From Minisyncoccota bacterium (GTDB taxonomy: Bacteria > Patescibacteriota > Minisyncoccia > Phycocordibacterales > UBA918), in contig CALJTT010000004.1 of the NCBI GenBank assembly GCA_937975855.1, forward strand, positions 5,583 through 69,582: DNA of 64,000 bases, given 5' to 3'. This document shows, in pieces, positions 18,511 to 30,500 of this stretch; the first letter of the stretch is position 1, and each line of letters starts with the position of its first letter. Made by a program: the position numbers and the translations under genes. The notes under the pieces were generated by a model. It worked only from the letters and a program-made list of their open reading frames with translations, was not told the origin of the DNA and ran no database searches.

Positions 18511-21500
18511 TTAATCGCCGATTGCGGTAAATGAGTTGATGCCCGTATGGGGCCTGCTGGCTGAGCCGAACGGTACTTCAATACCCCAATATAAATTGTC
18601 AGTTACGCCAGGAGTTGTCGTTGTTGGCTTACTGAGATCAAGTTCAAGATTGGCTGGAGTTACAGTAAGTGCGCTACATCCCACACATGCTGCGTAGTTA
18701 AATGTACTAGTGGCGTACCTCTGCTGGGCTGCTGCGATCACAGAACTGGCGCCATCAGACATGTCAGTTCCTGCTATTTGTACGTCGATGGACTCGTTTC
18801 CGATGTTATGTAGGGTTACTGCCGGGTTGAAAGCCCCAGTGTTATTGGTCACCTCGACAACACCGTAGGCAATGCTGTTTTGTATATCTAGCGCTCGCAA
18901 CGTCAGCAACTCAACGCCGGTTGATGTCACAAAGTCTACCGCGCCAGTGGTGTCCTCGACCTCCATAAACGCAAACCATTCTTCTGCGCCATCTAGGTCA
19001 GTTGGATCGGCGTGGTAGACAATCGGCGCACTACACTGCAACGAACAAGCGTTAGTTGTACAGTTGGTGTAAGTACAGCTGCTGGTGGCCACATAACAAT
19101 TATTGTCATCTGGCGAACAAGCGGCTCCCACAGAAGTTTTGTAGAAAGTTGTTGTGGCGCTCACGATGTCCGCAATCCCGTTTAGATCAGTAACAGTTGT
19201 AGAGGCGATGATTTCTGTTGTAGTCCCGGCAGATAGTGAAATATCCAGTCCGTCGTTAAGAGAGAGTGAGCCGAGAACCGGATCGAAGCGCAATGTCAGT
19301 TCTGCAACCTCTAGATAAGTATCAAGTTCTGTACCTTGGTCGGTAACTCTGAAGCATAAATTCTGGTCGTCAACATTAATAGTTGGTGTGATTACATACT
19401 CGATTTCGGTGTACTCGAACATAGCGATATCCAAATCCCCAGTCTCATTTGACGGATCTTCCCTAAGCTCGCCAGCGGTGAATTGACCAGACACGTCGTT
19501 TAGCAGGTCGACAGTGGTTTCTCCATTAGTAACTTCGGTTGAAGTTTGCATACAGACTGGCGACAAGCCACAACTACTTTGAACAGGAACGTCCAAATAA
19601 CCAGCGGTCGACACAGCTTCACAACTTGGCGCTGACCCCTTTGGCACATATTCAAGTGCGAAGCGCTGAGCGGTGATCGCTCCACCGCTGTTTTCGACGG
19701 CCAATCGTAGCCTGGCAGTGTCGCCAGCCTCAAAGGTAGCGGCGGTATTTTGTTCAGCAGCCCATGTTGCTCCCCCGTCTGACTGCTCTGCACCAAAGCG
19801 AACGTTTGGCTTGCTAGTCATTGTCGGTCGTGAACTAAAGCTGTCCCAACCTCCGTTATGGAACCAGAATGTAAATCCATACCCACCAGTTGTGTAAGTA
19901 GAGTCCGAGGCTGAAAATGAAGTCACTTGTGTGCCGGCGTCGTTATACAATCGAAGGTCGAATGTGTCGTTCGTCCGCCAGTCAACTTCCACCTCGTACC
20001 AACCTGTTGTGTACGTAACAGTAGAAGAGCCAATGATGGTTCCTGACGCATCGTTCTCGACCGCGTCACGCACCAATGTGATACGGTCTGTTCCAAATTG
20101 CTCGATACACACAGCATAATTTTCGTTGGTGGATCCAGGAGACTGCACACCAAACAAGACACAGGTTTCGTCACTAGTACCTGCGCTGGTGTCGACATAC
20201 TGCTGGTAGCGGATTGTCTCACCTTGACTGACACTCTGGTCAAAGCGGTACATACCACCCAAAGTTGCCCGACTACTCTCATTGCCTGCGTTCCCAAGTC
20301 CGTACGTACCATCAAATGCGAAAGAAGCATCTGTAGCAAACAAAGCAGTTTGGCCAGTGTATTCTGCAATATCGTTGTCTTCAAAATCGTCAGCCGCGAC
20401 AAAAACTTGCTCGAGGTCGCTAGAGGACGTGGCAGACGGATTGTTGTAGTACATGTACAAAACGGTGTCAGACTCCGCTGGCATTGTTGGAACTTGAACC
20501 CATACTTCTACAATCGTGCTATCGGTTGAAGATCCGATCCAGTATGGAACCGTCGTGGTTCCGGTGTTGTCGGTGAAGCGCAAGTCGTCAAAGTCAGAGC
20601 GCATATCAGAATCGTAAGGAACTGTTACCTGAACAGCTACATCGGTATAGGTTGCCGCGTCAGCGTTGGTTAGGCGAACCGGCTGACGAGCGGCCCAATC
20701 TGTGTTCATCCATTCAATATCTGGTACCTGGGCGTTACCATCGTCGTTACGCCAACGGAAATCCGTCTGCTGAGTAATCAGACAAGAACTGTCGCCCCAC
20801 CGAACGGATCCACAATCTGTGGCGCCGTCGATATCGTACACTTCACCATCGAGATTTCCGACATGACTGGCAAATGTCCAAACATTACCCGTAACACCCG
20901 ACAGAGTAATGTTGTTACCCGTAATAGACGCCGACGTGGCGAACCGCGAGCCCGTGATAATCAATGACGCGTTGGCGTTAACTGTAGACGAAGACAAAGT
21001 CATCAGCGACCCGCCATCGACAGCCAGCTCGAAGTCACCGTAAGACAGCGAAGAAATAGTTGGCACTCCAGACAACTGCCAGCCGGCGGCATCAGTATTA
21101 CGCACCGAGTAATATAAGGCATTGAGTGCACCTGAGCTTACTGCAAATGAGTAAGTTCCAGATCCTTGATTGGTAATGTTTGTTTCGTTGCCTGCCTCAC
21201 CGACAATCTGTAACGATCCGCCGTCGACAGTTGCACTACTGTTGTCAGCCAACCGCACAGTCACGACACGCTCGCTGCCCGATAGGTCAGTACCATCAAA
21301 GTCAGTGGCGTAGCTCCAATATTCAGTTGTTGTAGAAATATGATAATCACCGTAAATATTCAAGTCTCCGTCAGCGCCAGCGTGGTCTTGGGAATACCAC
21401 GATGATGAACTTGGCACACTGACAGTTGTCGCGCTGCTGTTCCAGCTGGAGATGTCCGTATTTTCTCCCAAAACGAGTGTGTCATAAGCTTCGGTCGGGA

Positions 21501-24500
21501 TGGTCTTGTCGTTTGTTTCGTACTCGTTTGAACCGTCAAGTACTAATGTTGTGCTTGTCCAGGTTGTAGCTGCTCCACCGACGTCGTTGCTGAACACGCC
21601 ACCAACATACAGCACGCTGCCTGGAACCACTGTAAACGAACCAGCGTTACTCAAACTAAAGTTGTTAGTTGTGGTCGCGCTATCAGTCAAAGTCCAGCCA
21701 CCAGTACCAGCAATTACAACATTATAAAGGTCGTTAGCGCCAGGATCGATAAACTCGCCAGCGTCATTGGAATTAAATAATAGTGTGCCGGACGCGTGAC
21801 TGTACGTCCCGCCCGACACATCAAACGATCCGCCGATTGCCAACGTGCCGGTACCAACCGTAAATGTGCCACCGGTCAAAGTTAGGGAATCTAACAAACT
21901 AGCTGACATGTCAATCAGAGTGTAGTCACCGGCTGCAGCGGCGATCGTTAGACTGTTTAGGTCATTCCCAGAAAGCGTTACAAGGTTACCTCCGGTCGTA
22001 CTTGTTAACACAACCTCGCCGCCGGCGTGTGCAATTGTGCCATCGACCACAAAATCACCAGCCACAGTCAGCGTACCTGTAGGCAGCGTAACTGTTCCAT
22101 CGACAACTATAAACGAAGCTGTTGCTGTGGCTGTCGTGTCAGACATCGTCCAGGTCCCAGGACCCGAGAACAACACTTCGTTAGCGTCAGACCCACCAAA
22201 AGTTACGGTTTTACCGGCGACGGCCGAGTCAAAAAGTAAAGTTCCGCTGTTAGCGTCAAAGGCTCCGCCACTGTTTACAAACGACCCGCTGACAGTTGTC
22301 GTAGAGCTTGGCAGAGTCACAGTACCGTCAGTGATCAAGAAATTGTTATTGATGTCACCGTCAAGCATTGTCCAGTCACCACTGCCAGCGAATGCCAAAT
22401 TGTAGAAACCACTGTCGTTAGTGTCTACAGTCCGTCCCGCAGATGACGACGTAAAGGTTGTGCTAGAAGTTTGTGCATCAAAAGTTGCATCGGTTTCAGA
22501 AATAAGACTACCACCCAGGCTGTATACCTCGGCTGCCCCGCCGTCAAAGGTAGAGCCAGAGAGCAGTTTAAGAGTACCGTCGTAGTCCAGAGCACTGCCG
22601 CCGGTTACGGTCATGTCTCCTTGTGGTGCAAATGTTTTGTCTGTCCAGACTATCAATCCAAAGCCACTATCAACCGTCAACGTGTCTGGAGCAGAGTCAA
22701 CCGCTGTAAACGGAATAGCGGCGTCGTCTGAAGAGTCCCACACTGACATATCAGCAATCGTTAACGGGTCAGTTGCTTCGTGGCGCACAATTACGCGGTT
22801 TTGGTAAATATCGAAGTTGCTTATGTTCGAAACCGGGTCGGCTGTGACTGTAGCCCCTTCTTCGCCGGTAGCTGGCAGGAGATACGCAATGATTGAGTCC
22901 CCGGGTGAATATGTCACACCTGTCACGCTGTAAACACCACTACCGTCACAGGTAGAGCTATAAGTCGTCAAGCCAGCGACGACAACATTCACCGCTGTAG
23001 TTGCGCCATCACACACAGACGCGCCGGCGGTGGTTACACCTTCATCAGAGTACACCGTACCGGAAATAGTAATGTTTGCTGCCGAGTCGTCCCACGAAAC
23101 GTAACCTGGGTCGCCGTCAGGGTCTACGTCAAATCCTTCTCCAGCGATATCGCCGTAGTGGTTTGTGAAGCGCCATGAACTGACACTCGTGCCGGTCGCT
23201 GTTGCGCCAAAGCCACTAGCTGCGCCGTCGAGATACAGCTGATTAAGCGTAAACGCTTTGGCCGGATTGGCAGTAATAGCTGTTCCACCCACTGTCACCG
23301 CGCTACCTCCAGTTTGTGACACTCCGATAGAACCATGCGACAAAGAGCCGATCGACGCCGAGCCAGTGATAACTAAACCATCAATGTTCAAATCGCTTAA
23401 TGTGTAGTAGTCAAAAGTACTAGACGCCGTCCCGCCGATCGTCAATGCGTACGTGCCAGAACCTTGATTTTCTACAGTACTTGATGCACTTGCAGATCCT
23501 AGTACAGACAGCTGTCCGCCGGTGATGGTCACGCTACCGTTGTCAGCTATGTAAACCGAGGCTATGCGCTCACTGCCAGCTAGGCTGGTTCCGTCAAAGT
23601 CAGTAGCGTAGCTCCAGTGATCGTTAGCTGCTGTCTGGTTATACGATCCCCAGATGTACAGGTCGCCATCTACATTAGAGTGATCCTGAGAATACAACGA
23701 GGCTGTTGTGTCGACAGTATAACTAAGAGCGTCACTATTCCACATCCTGACCTGAGTTGTGCCGTCCACCTCAAGTGTCGCGTACGAGTCAGCGGTGGTA
23801 GATGCGTTAATGGCGTAATTGTTGCCTCCGTATAGTCGCAATGTGGAACCTGTCCACGTTGTGGGTGCTCCACCAATGTCGTTAAAGAACGTTCCGCCAA
23901 CAGACAGCGTTTGCCCGGAATTCAAAGTAAATGTATTTGCGTCGGTTAACAACCAGCTGTCTGTGGCTGTGGCATGTTCAGTTACTGTTACGTCGCCCGT
24001 AGCGTCGATAACAACATTTGCGAAATCACTGCTACCAGCAGCAACAGAGATCGCGCCCGACCCATCAAAAGTCAAAGTTCCTGTGCCGGCGGTTAGTACG
24101 CCATTATTGTCATAACTGCCAGCAATAGTGGTCGTGGCTAAGTCACTAAGTACCCAAACGCCATTTGATTCTATTGTCACGTCGCCATTTATGTCGAACT
24201 GCGGATCGTTGGTAGTTTGATCAAAAGTCGTGGCGGCCACACCTGCAATCACCAAATCGTTGTCGACAATAATACCTGGTGTACCCGTAGTGTATGTTGC
24301 CGGCGCGCCACTGGCTGCCAACGTCAGATTGTAATATTCGGTAGCGAGAACTTCCGAGCCGGGCCCGCTGTAGACAACTGTGCTGGTATCCGCCAAGAAC
24401 GTCCCCTCCTCCACAAAGACTACACCCGTGCCAGCCAAATCCCAGATAGTCGACCCGGCGTCAAGGAAGTGAGCCATCTCGATAGTCAAGACCCCACCGA

Positions 24501-27500
24501 TTGTGGTGGTGCTTGTAAACAGCGGTGTTGTTGTGCCGACTGACAAGGTGTCACCCAACTGCAAATTATGGAAAGTCCACGAACCAGCCCCACCAAGATT
24601 ATTGGCTACGGCCATTGTAGTTGTGCCGCCATTTAGCAACACCGTTCCTGCACCAGCAAAGTCGCCACTTTCAACATAGATATCACCATTGCCGGACAAT
24701 ACACCGTCAGTCATAAGTACATCACCGAGCACGCGAATATCAGCCGTCAAAGCCCAACCGCCGCCTGCACCATCAAACGTAAGATTGTTGAAAGTGACCT
24801 CATCGCCAGCCGTGATAAGTTTGCCAGTGGTCGAAGCGTTCATTAATACTGTGGTGCTGGCAGCATTGAATGTACTGCTCGCACCAAGAGTAAACCGCCC
24901 ACCGATAGCCAAAGTTGATGTAGCAAAAGCATTGAATGTAGCATTGTCGGCCAAAGTTAGTGAACCATCGTAACTGGTGCCAGCACCTTCGCCGGCCAGG
25001 GTCACTTCTCCGCCTGGAGTAAAGGTAGTGGAAGCCCAAACATACAACTCGTTTCCAGACAGCACAGTCAAGGTGTCAGAGTCTGTGTTCGTGGCAGCGA
25101 CAAATTGCAAATCGACATCTTCACTATTGTCGCGCACGGCCAGTTGATTAATTGTCAATGCTGCCAAATCTTCGTGACGGACAATCACACGGTTCGCATA
25201 AATATCGGCATCAAGAATGTTGGCCGTCGGTGTGCGAGTGATGATGCTTCCCTGTTCGCCGCCTGCCGCGTTGTTTAGATAGATGGTCAAGGCGGGGTCT
25301 CCAACAATGGTAATACCGCTGATACTGTAAGCCCCGGTGCCGGCATCACACGATCCTGTGTAGGGTGCTGGATTTCCTTCCACATAGACATTTACAACCG
25401 CGGTAGCCCCGTCACAGGTAGGTCCTCCCAAAGGTGTAACGCCCGCGTCAGCATAAACAGTTCCTGCCATGGTGATCACCAACAAACTGTCGTCGAAGCG
25501 TATAGACCCCGGGTCACCTGTGTCGCTGTCGTTTGATTCACCATACAAGTTTCCGGCGCCACTTCTGAACCACCAATATGACAAAGGTGTTCCGTCCGTC
25601 TGGGACACGTTGGTAGCAAATATCGCCGAAGTTGTGGAGAAGGAAATTTCGTATAGTTGATTAGCCGGATTTGCATCAATAGTAGTCGAAGAAAGCGTAA
25701 GCGCCGTCCCAGCCACGGCGTCGACTTGGTAAGAACCATTTTCGAATACCCCAACTGAGACCGCGTCCAGTAGTGACAGACCCGTGCTACCCAGGTTACT
25801 AAACGTATGATATTGCGCGTCGAATGTACCGCCAGAAACAGTGACGTTGTAAGTTCCACTTCCTTGATTGGCAACAGTTGTCGATGCCGCAAAGTCGCCG
25901 ATGATTTCGAAAGTCACAGAGTCGAAATCTGCGCTGGCGCCATCGGCAAATCGCACGTTCGCTTGCCTTTGTGCCGAAAGTGCTGCGAGATCAGTTCCGT
26001 CAAAGTCAGTAGCGTAGCTCCAGTACTCATTGCCGCCGGCTATGTTGTAATTTCCAAATATATATAAGTCACCATCGATCGCACCGTGGTCTTGTGAATA
26101 AAGCGAGCCAGTAGCGTCAACGTCATAGACAACAGCATCTGAGTTCCACATTTTGATGTCAGTGTCGTTTGCCACCCTTATCGTGCCATAGGTATCTCCA
26201 GGGTCTGTTTCGTTGTTTATGCTATAGGCACCAGCCTCGAGAGACAACGTGCTGCCTGTCCAGGTCGTAGAAGCTCCGCCCACATAGTTGTGAAATTCCC
26301 CTGCTACCGAAAGTGATTCCCCTGACTGCATCGTGAAGTCGCTGCTGCTAGCGAGGGTAAATGTGCCAGTTGTAGTTGCCGACGACACAACAGTCCAGCC
26401 GCCAGTCTCACTGGCGATCAGCACGTCATGGAGTGGATCTGCGCCAAAGTCGATAGTCTCTCCATTGTCGAGCGAGTCAAAGACTACCAAGCTTGTACCT
26501 GCACTCACGGTTGCCTGGTTGTCGTACGACCCACCGATTGTGAATGTGTCAGGTAAAGTCAGCGCACCGCCGTAAACAAACAGATCGCCAGTCGCCAGAG
26601 CGTTGGTGTCAGAGAAACTCCAGCTGCCAATTCCGTCAAACACCACGTTGTTGAAACTAGAGCCACTGGTGGTCAAGACTTCTGCGACACTACTATAGAA
26701 ACGTGTAGTTCCGGTTCCGCCATCAAAACTGCCCGAGTCCGCCACCAATGACCCACCAATAGCAAACACGCCGCTTGGGAACAAGACACTGCCCTGGAGA
26801 ATATTTACATCATTGGTGGAAGTAGCGTTTGTATCGGTCATAGTCCAGGTACCAGCACCTTCGAAAGTCATGTTGTGAGCCACATTTGTAAACTCGGCAC
26901 CGTCGAATGTGATGTTTTCTGGGCCGTCGGACGTAAAGTACAGTACGCCGTTATTATGCAAAAACGCACCGCCGGTTGAGTCAAACGAACCGTCAATTGT
27001 AGTGGTAGCAGTCGGTAGGGTCACCGTTCCAGTTGCAATGGTGAGATTATTGTTAACGAACACTTCCGTTTCAGCAAAGGACCATGAGCCCCCAACCCCA
27101 GTGAAAGACAGATCATAAAACGCGTCGGCTGCCGAAATGATCACATGACTGGTCGTCGTTGCAACAAAGAACACCTCACCTTGCCTAGCTACAAAAGCGT
27201 TATTGTTAGTCCAGTCGCCGTACACGTACAGATCGTAGTTGTTTGATGACGCGTCTAGAGTGTCGTCAATACCAATGGTTATCGACTGCGCAGCAACATC
27301 ACTGCCCAAGGAGATTATTTTTGAACTACCGTCAATCACAACATGTCCGATATTTTGTAGCGTTACATTTTTGTCTGACCAAATAGATGCAGAGTTTCCA
27401 TCCAGAGTGGTCGTGCCAATACCTGTCCAAAAACCAGTTGCGCCAGTAGTTATGTCTCCCACAACATTAATGCTGGTTGTAGCCCGAGCAAGGGTTCCAG

Positions 27501-30500
27501 TTTCAACGGTCAGATTACCATTAACGTCAAGCAAGGGTGACACTGTCCAAATCGCACTACTGGTAGTCGAACCAAAGGTCAGGCTGCCAAACGTAGTCGT
27601 TGCGCCAGTGTTGTCAATCACCTCATTTCCGACCAAGGCGCTAAATAAAACTGTCGAGTCGCTTAGGCTTGTTGTTGCACTATTTTCCCATGAACCAGAA
27701 ACTTCCATCGAATGCGTTTCCAGCGTGAAGGAGCCGTTATTTTCAAAGTCATGAGTGATAATGTCACCCTCTGGCTGATAAAGCGCGCCAGACTTTATAT
27801 AAAGTTCAGCATCAGTACAACCGGCGTCAGCACAAGTATTTAATACACTACCAGAGAGGGACAAGAACACGTCTTCATCGTTAGTAAAGGTGTAGCTGCC
27901 AATATCAAGGTTGGTAAGCGGTGTCGAAGTTGCGTCGTTAGAGCCAATACTGACATGCCTTTCATATAACTCGAATCCGTCTATGTCGCCAATTCCGTCA
28001 TATAAAGTAACACCAACAGCCTCAGCTGCGTCTGCAGCCCCAGAGACAAATACTGTAACGATGTCACCGGGGAAAACTGTGACATTGTCGATTGACCAGA
28101 CTCCCGCGGAAATAGTCCCGACCTTACCAGCCTGCAGCACACCATTAACAGCCACGACGACGTTACCGCTAGTCACGTTGGTGGATTGATCGTAACCTTG
28201 GGCAGTTCCTGAAATCGTCAATCCTGCCGCCCAGGTTACAGCCCAGTCGTACATTTCTGGACAGTTACCCGAACCATCACAAGCCAGCTCTGCAAATGGA
28301 CGAACTACGTTGTATGTAAATCGGTCTAGACCCGACAAGTCAATTGGGCTAGTGGTGGTTCCAAGCTCGTTAACCGGCAGGTCGCTTGGTGGGATCATCT
28401 GCCAGCTATTGGTAGCGGACAAATATTGTACAAAGTAGCGTATTTCACTTGTGCCGGGCTGGAAATCGTTCCAGGCAAATTCTTGCCAGTACGGACCGGT
28501 TCCGTCTTCAAAATAAACTGGCGGACTGACAATCGTGCTACCTGTGCTACCTGGCTGACGAGCACCTATATCGTACGGACGACCGTACGGGCTAGTGTCT
28601 ACAGACACATTTGTAACCAGATCAACAGTCGTGCTCCAGCTAGATCCATTCCAAGTAGAGAAGCGCAACGTGTCGTTAGCGTTGTCCAAAAATGCACCAA
28701 GAATGAGACCTTCGCCCATACGCTCTAGCTGCATAGTGGCGGTATTAATGATTGTGTTCACTTGAGTCTCGGCACTCCAGGCTGTATTGTTGTACGTTTG
28801 GTAGTTAGTGGCCGTAGCATCGCTGTACGTCAACATGATGTGATTGTCGCGGCCGGAAGTTGTCTCGAAAGAACAGTCAAAGCTGGGCTCAGTCTTTACA
28901 CTGGCTGTTTCTAGATTATCGTCGAGCGTCCAGGCTGCTCCATCCCACCTTACGACCGCAATATCACTAGTATCATCAACCAGACAAAGGGCCATGTCGT
29001 CAGAACCTTCGTCTCGTACGAGCGACCCCCACTCAAAGTCGTTACCAATAGTTTGATTCGCCGCAGCGCTCCAAGCGGTGCCGTTCCAACTACTCCAGGT
29101 GAAGCGGGCTGGATTACCATCAGAAGCAACTATCACAGCCTGGCCACCACTCTCTTCGTATTCCAAAGCCATACCGGCATACGCCGATTCAGTAATTCGA
29201 CCAAGCGTAGTTGGGTTACCCCAAGCAGACCCATCCCACACCTGAGCTTCAAATGGGTTCCCGTCTGACCCACGCACCATAATCACCATTTCGTCAGATG
29301 TTGGATTGGCGGCCAGTTCTATCCAGGTACAGTTGGTTGTCTCGGCTACATTTATAGTCCCACCACTGGTCCAGGTCGTGCCGTCCCACACATAATAAGA
29401 TGGATCAGCGTCACCATCACAATATACGGCAATTGCATCACCCGATAATGTTTCGTACTCGACATCAAACCCACGGGCACTGATGTCGCTAACACTGGTT
29501 GTGAGTTCTTGTTGGCTGCGCCATTCTCCAATTGTGTAAGTTTGAGCATTGATGTCAGCGTCAGTTCCAAGTGTTACAGCAATATACTCTTCCCGTGTAG
29601 GAGCAGCTTTCACTACAGACCATTTTAGTGGTGCTGAGATGTCTAACAATGTCCCCTCCTCAGACAAAACTGTACCTGTCCACAACCGATAACGCGGTTC
29701 GGTTTCAATTCCTTCACCATAGACAATCATCGCCTCGGTAGCGGTGGTCGCCACGGTCAAATACCCAGCTTCAGTCGAAATAGTACCGGAAAGAATATCA
29801 GTATCGAATTGATCTTTTGTGGTTTGGAACCAGGTCGAGACGTCAGTTCCGGGAATAACGGTCAGGCTGCGCTCAACCGTCCAAAATGAATAGACATTGT
29901 CACCAGTTGGATCTTTGGCTCGGACGCGCCACCAATATGTGGTCGTACCAGTCAAAGCATCAGCTGGTTGGATCTCAAAGCGAATGCGCTCGTTAGCGTT
30001 GAAAGGGCTGGTGTCAGCGCCAGTTACGATATTGGTAAACCCACCGTCGACATCTGATGTGCGGGTAGTTGATGCTGCAAAATCACGGTCTGTTGACCAG
30101 GAAATTTGGTAAGTCAAATCTTCGCTTTGCGGATCGTCTGCCACAAACTCAAAGGTTGGAGTTGTCGTTCCTACCTGCTCGTTGGCAAACAAACTGAAAA
30201 TAGTTGGTGTCTCTACTTTGTAACCCCAATTAATAGTCCAGTCTTGCAAAGTTGGAGAACCGCCACTGTTAGTGAAAGTGGCGACCACTCGCAAGGTGTC
30301 GTACTCGCCGGTATCAACATCCAGTAAGGGCACGGGCGAGGTGCCGAACCCGCTACTATTTCCAGGCAGTGCAGAATCAGGAACTAGGGACCAGGCGCTG
30401 CCGTCGTAATATTCGATTTGATAAGAAATGCTGCCCGTGGTTTCAACGTCGGTAAAAACAAAGTCCTCCCAAACTGTTCCGTTAACGCCGTCAAAGAACA

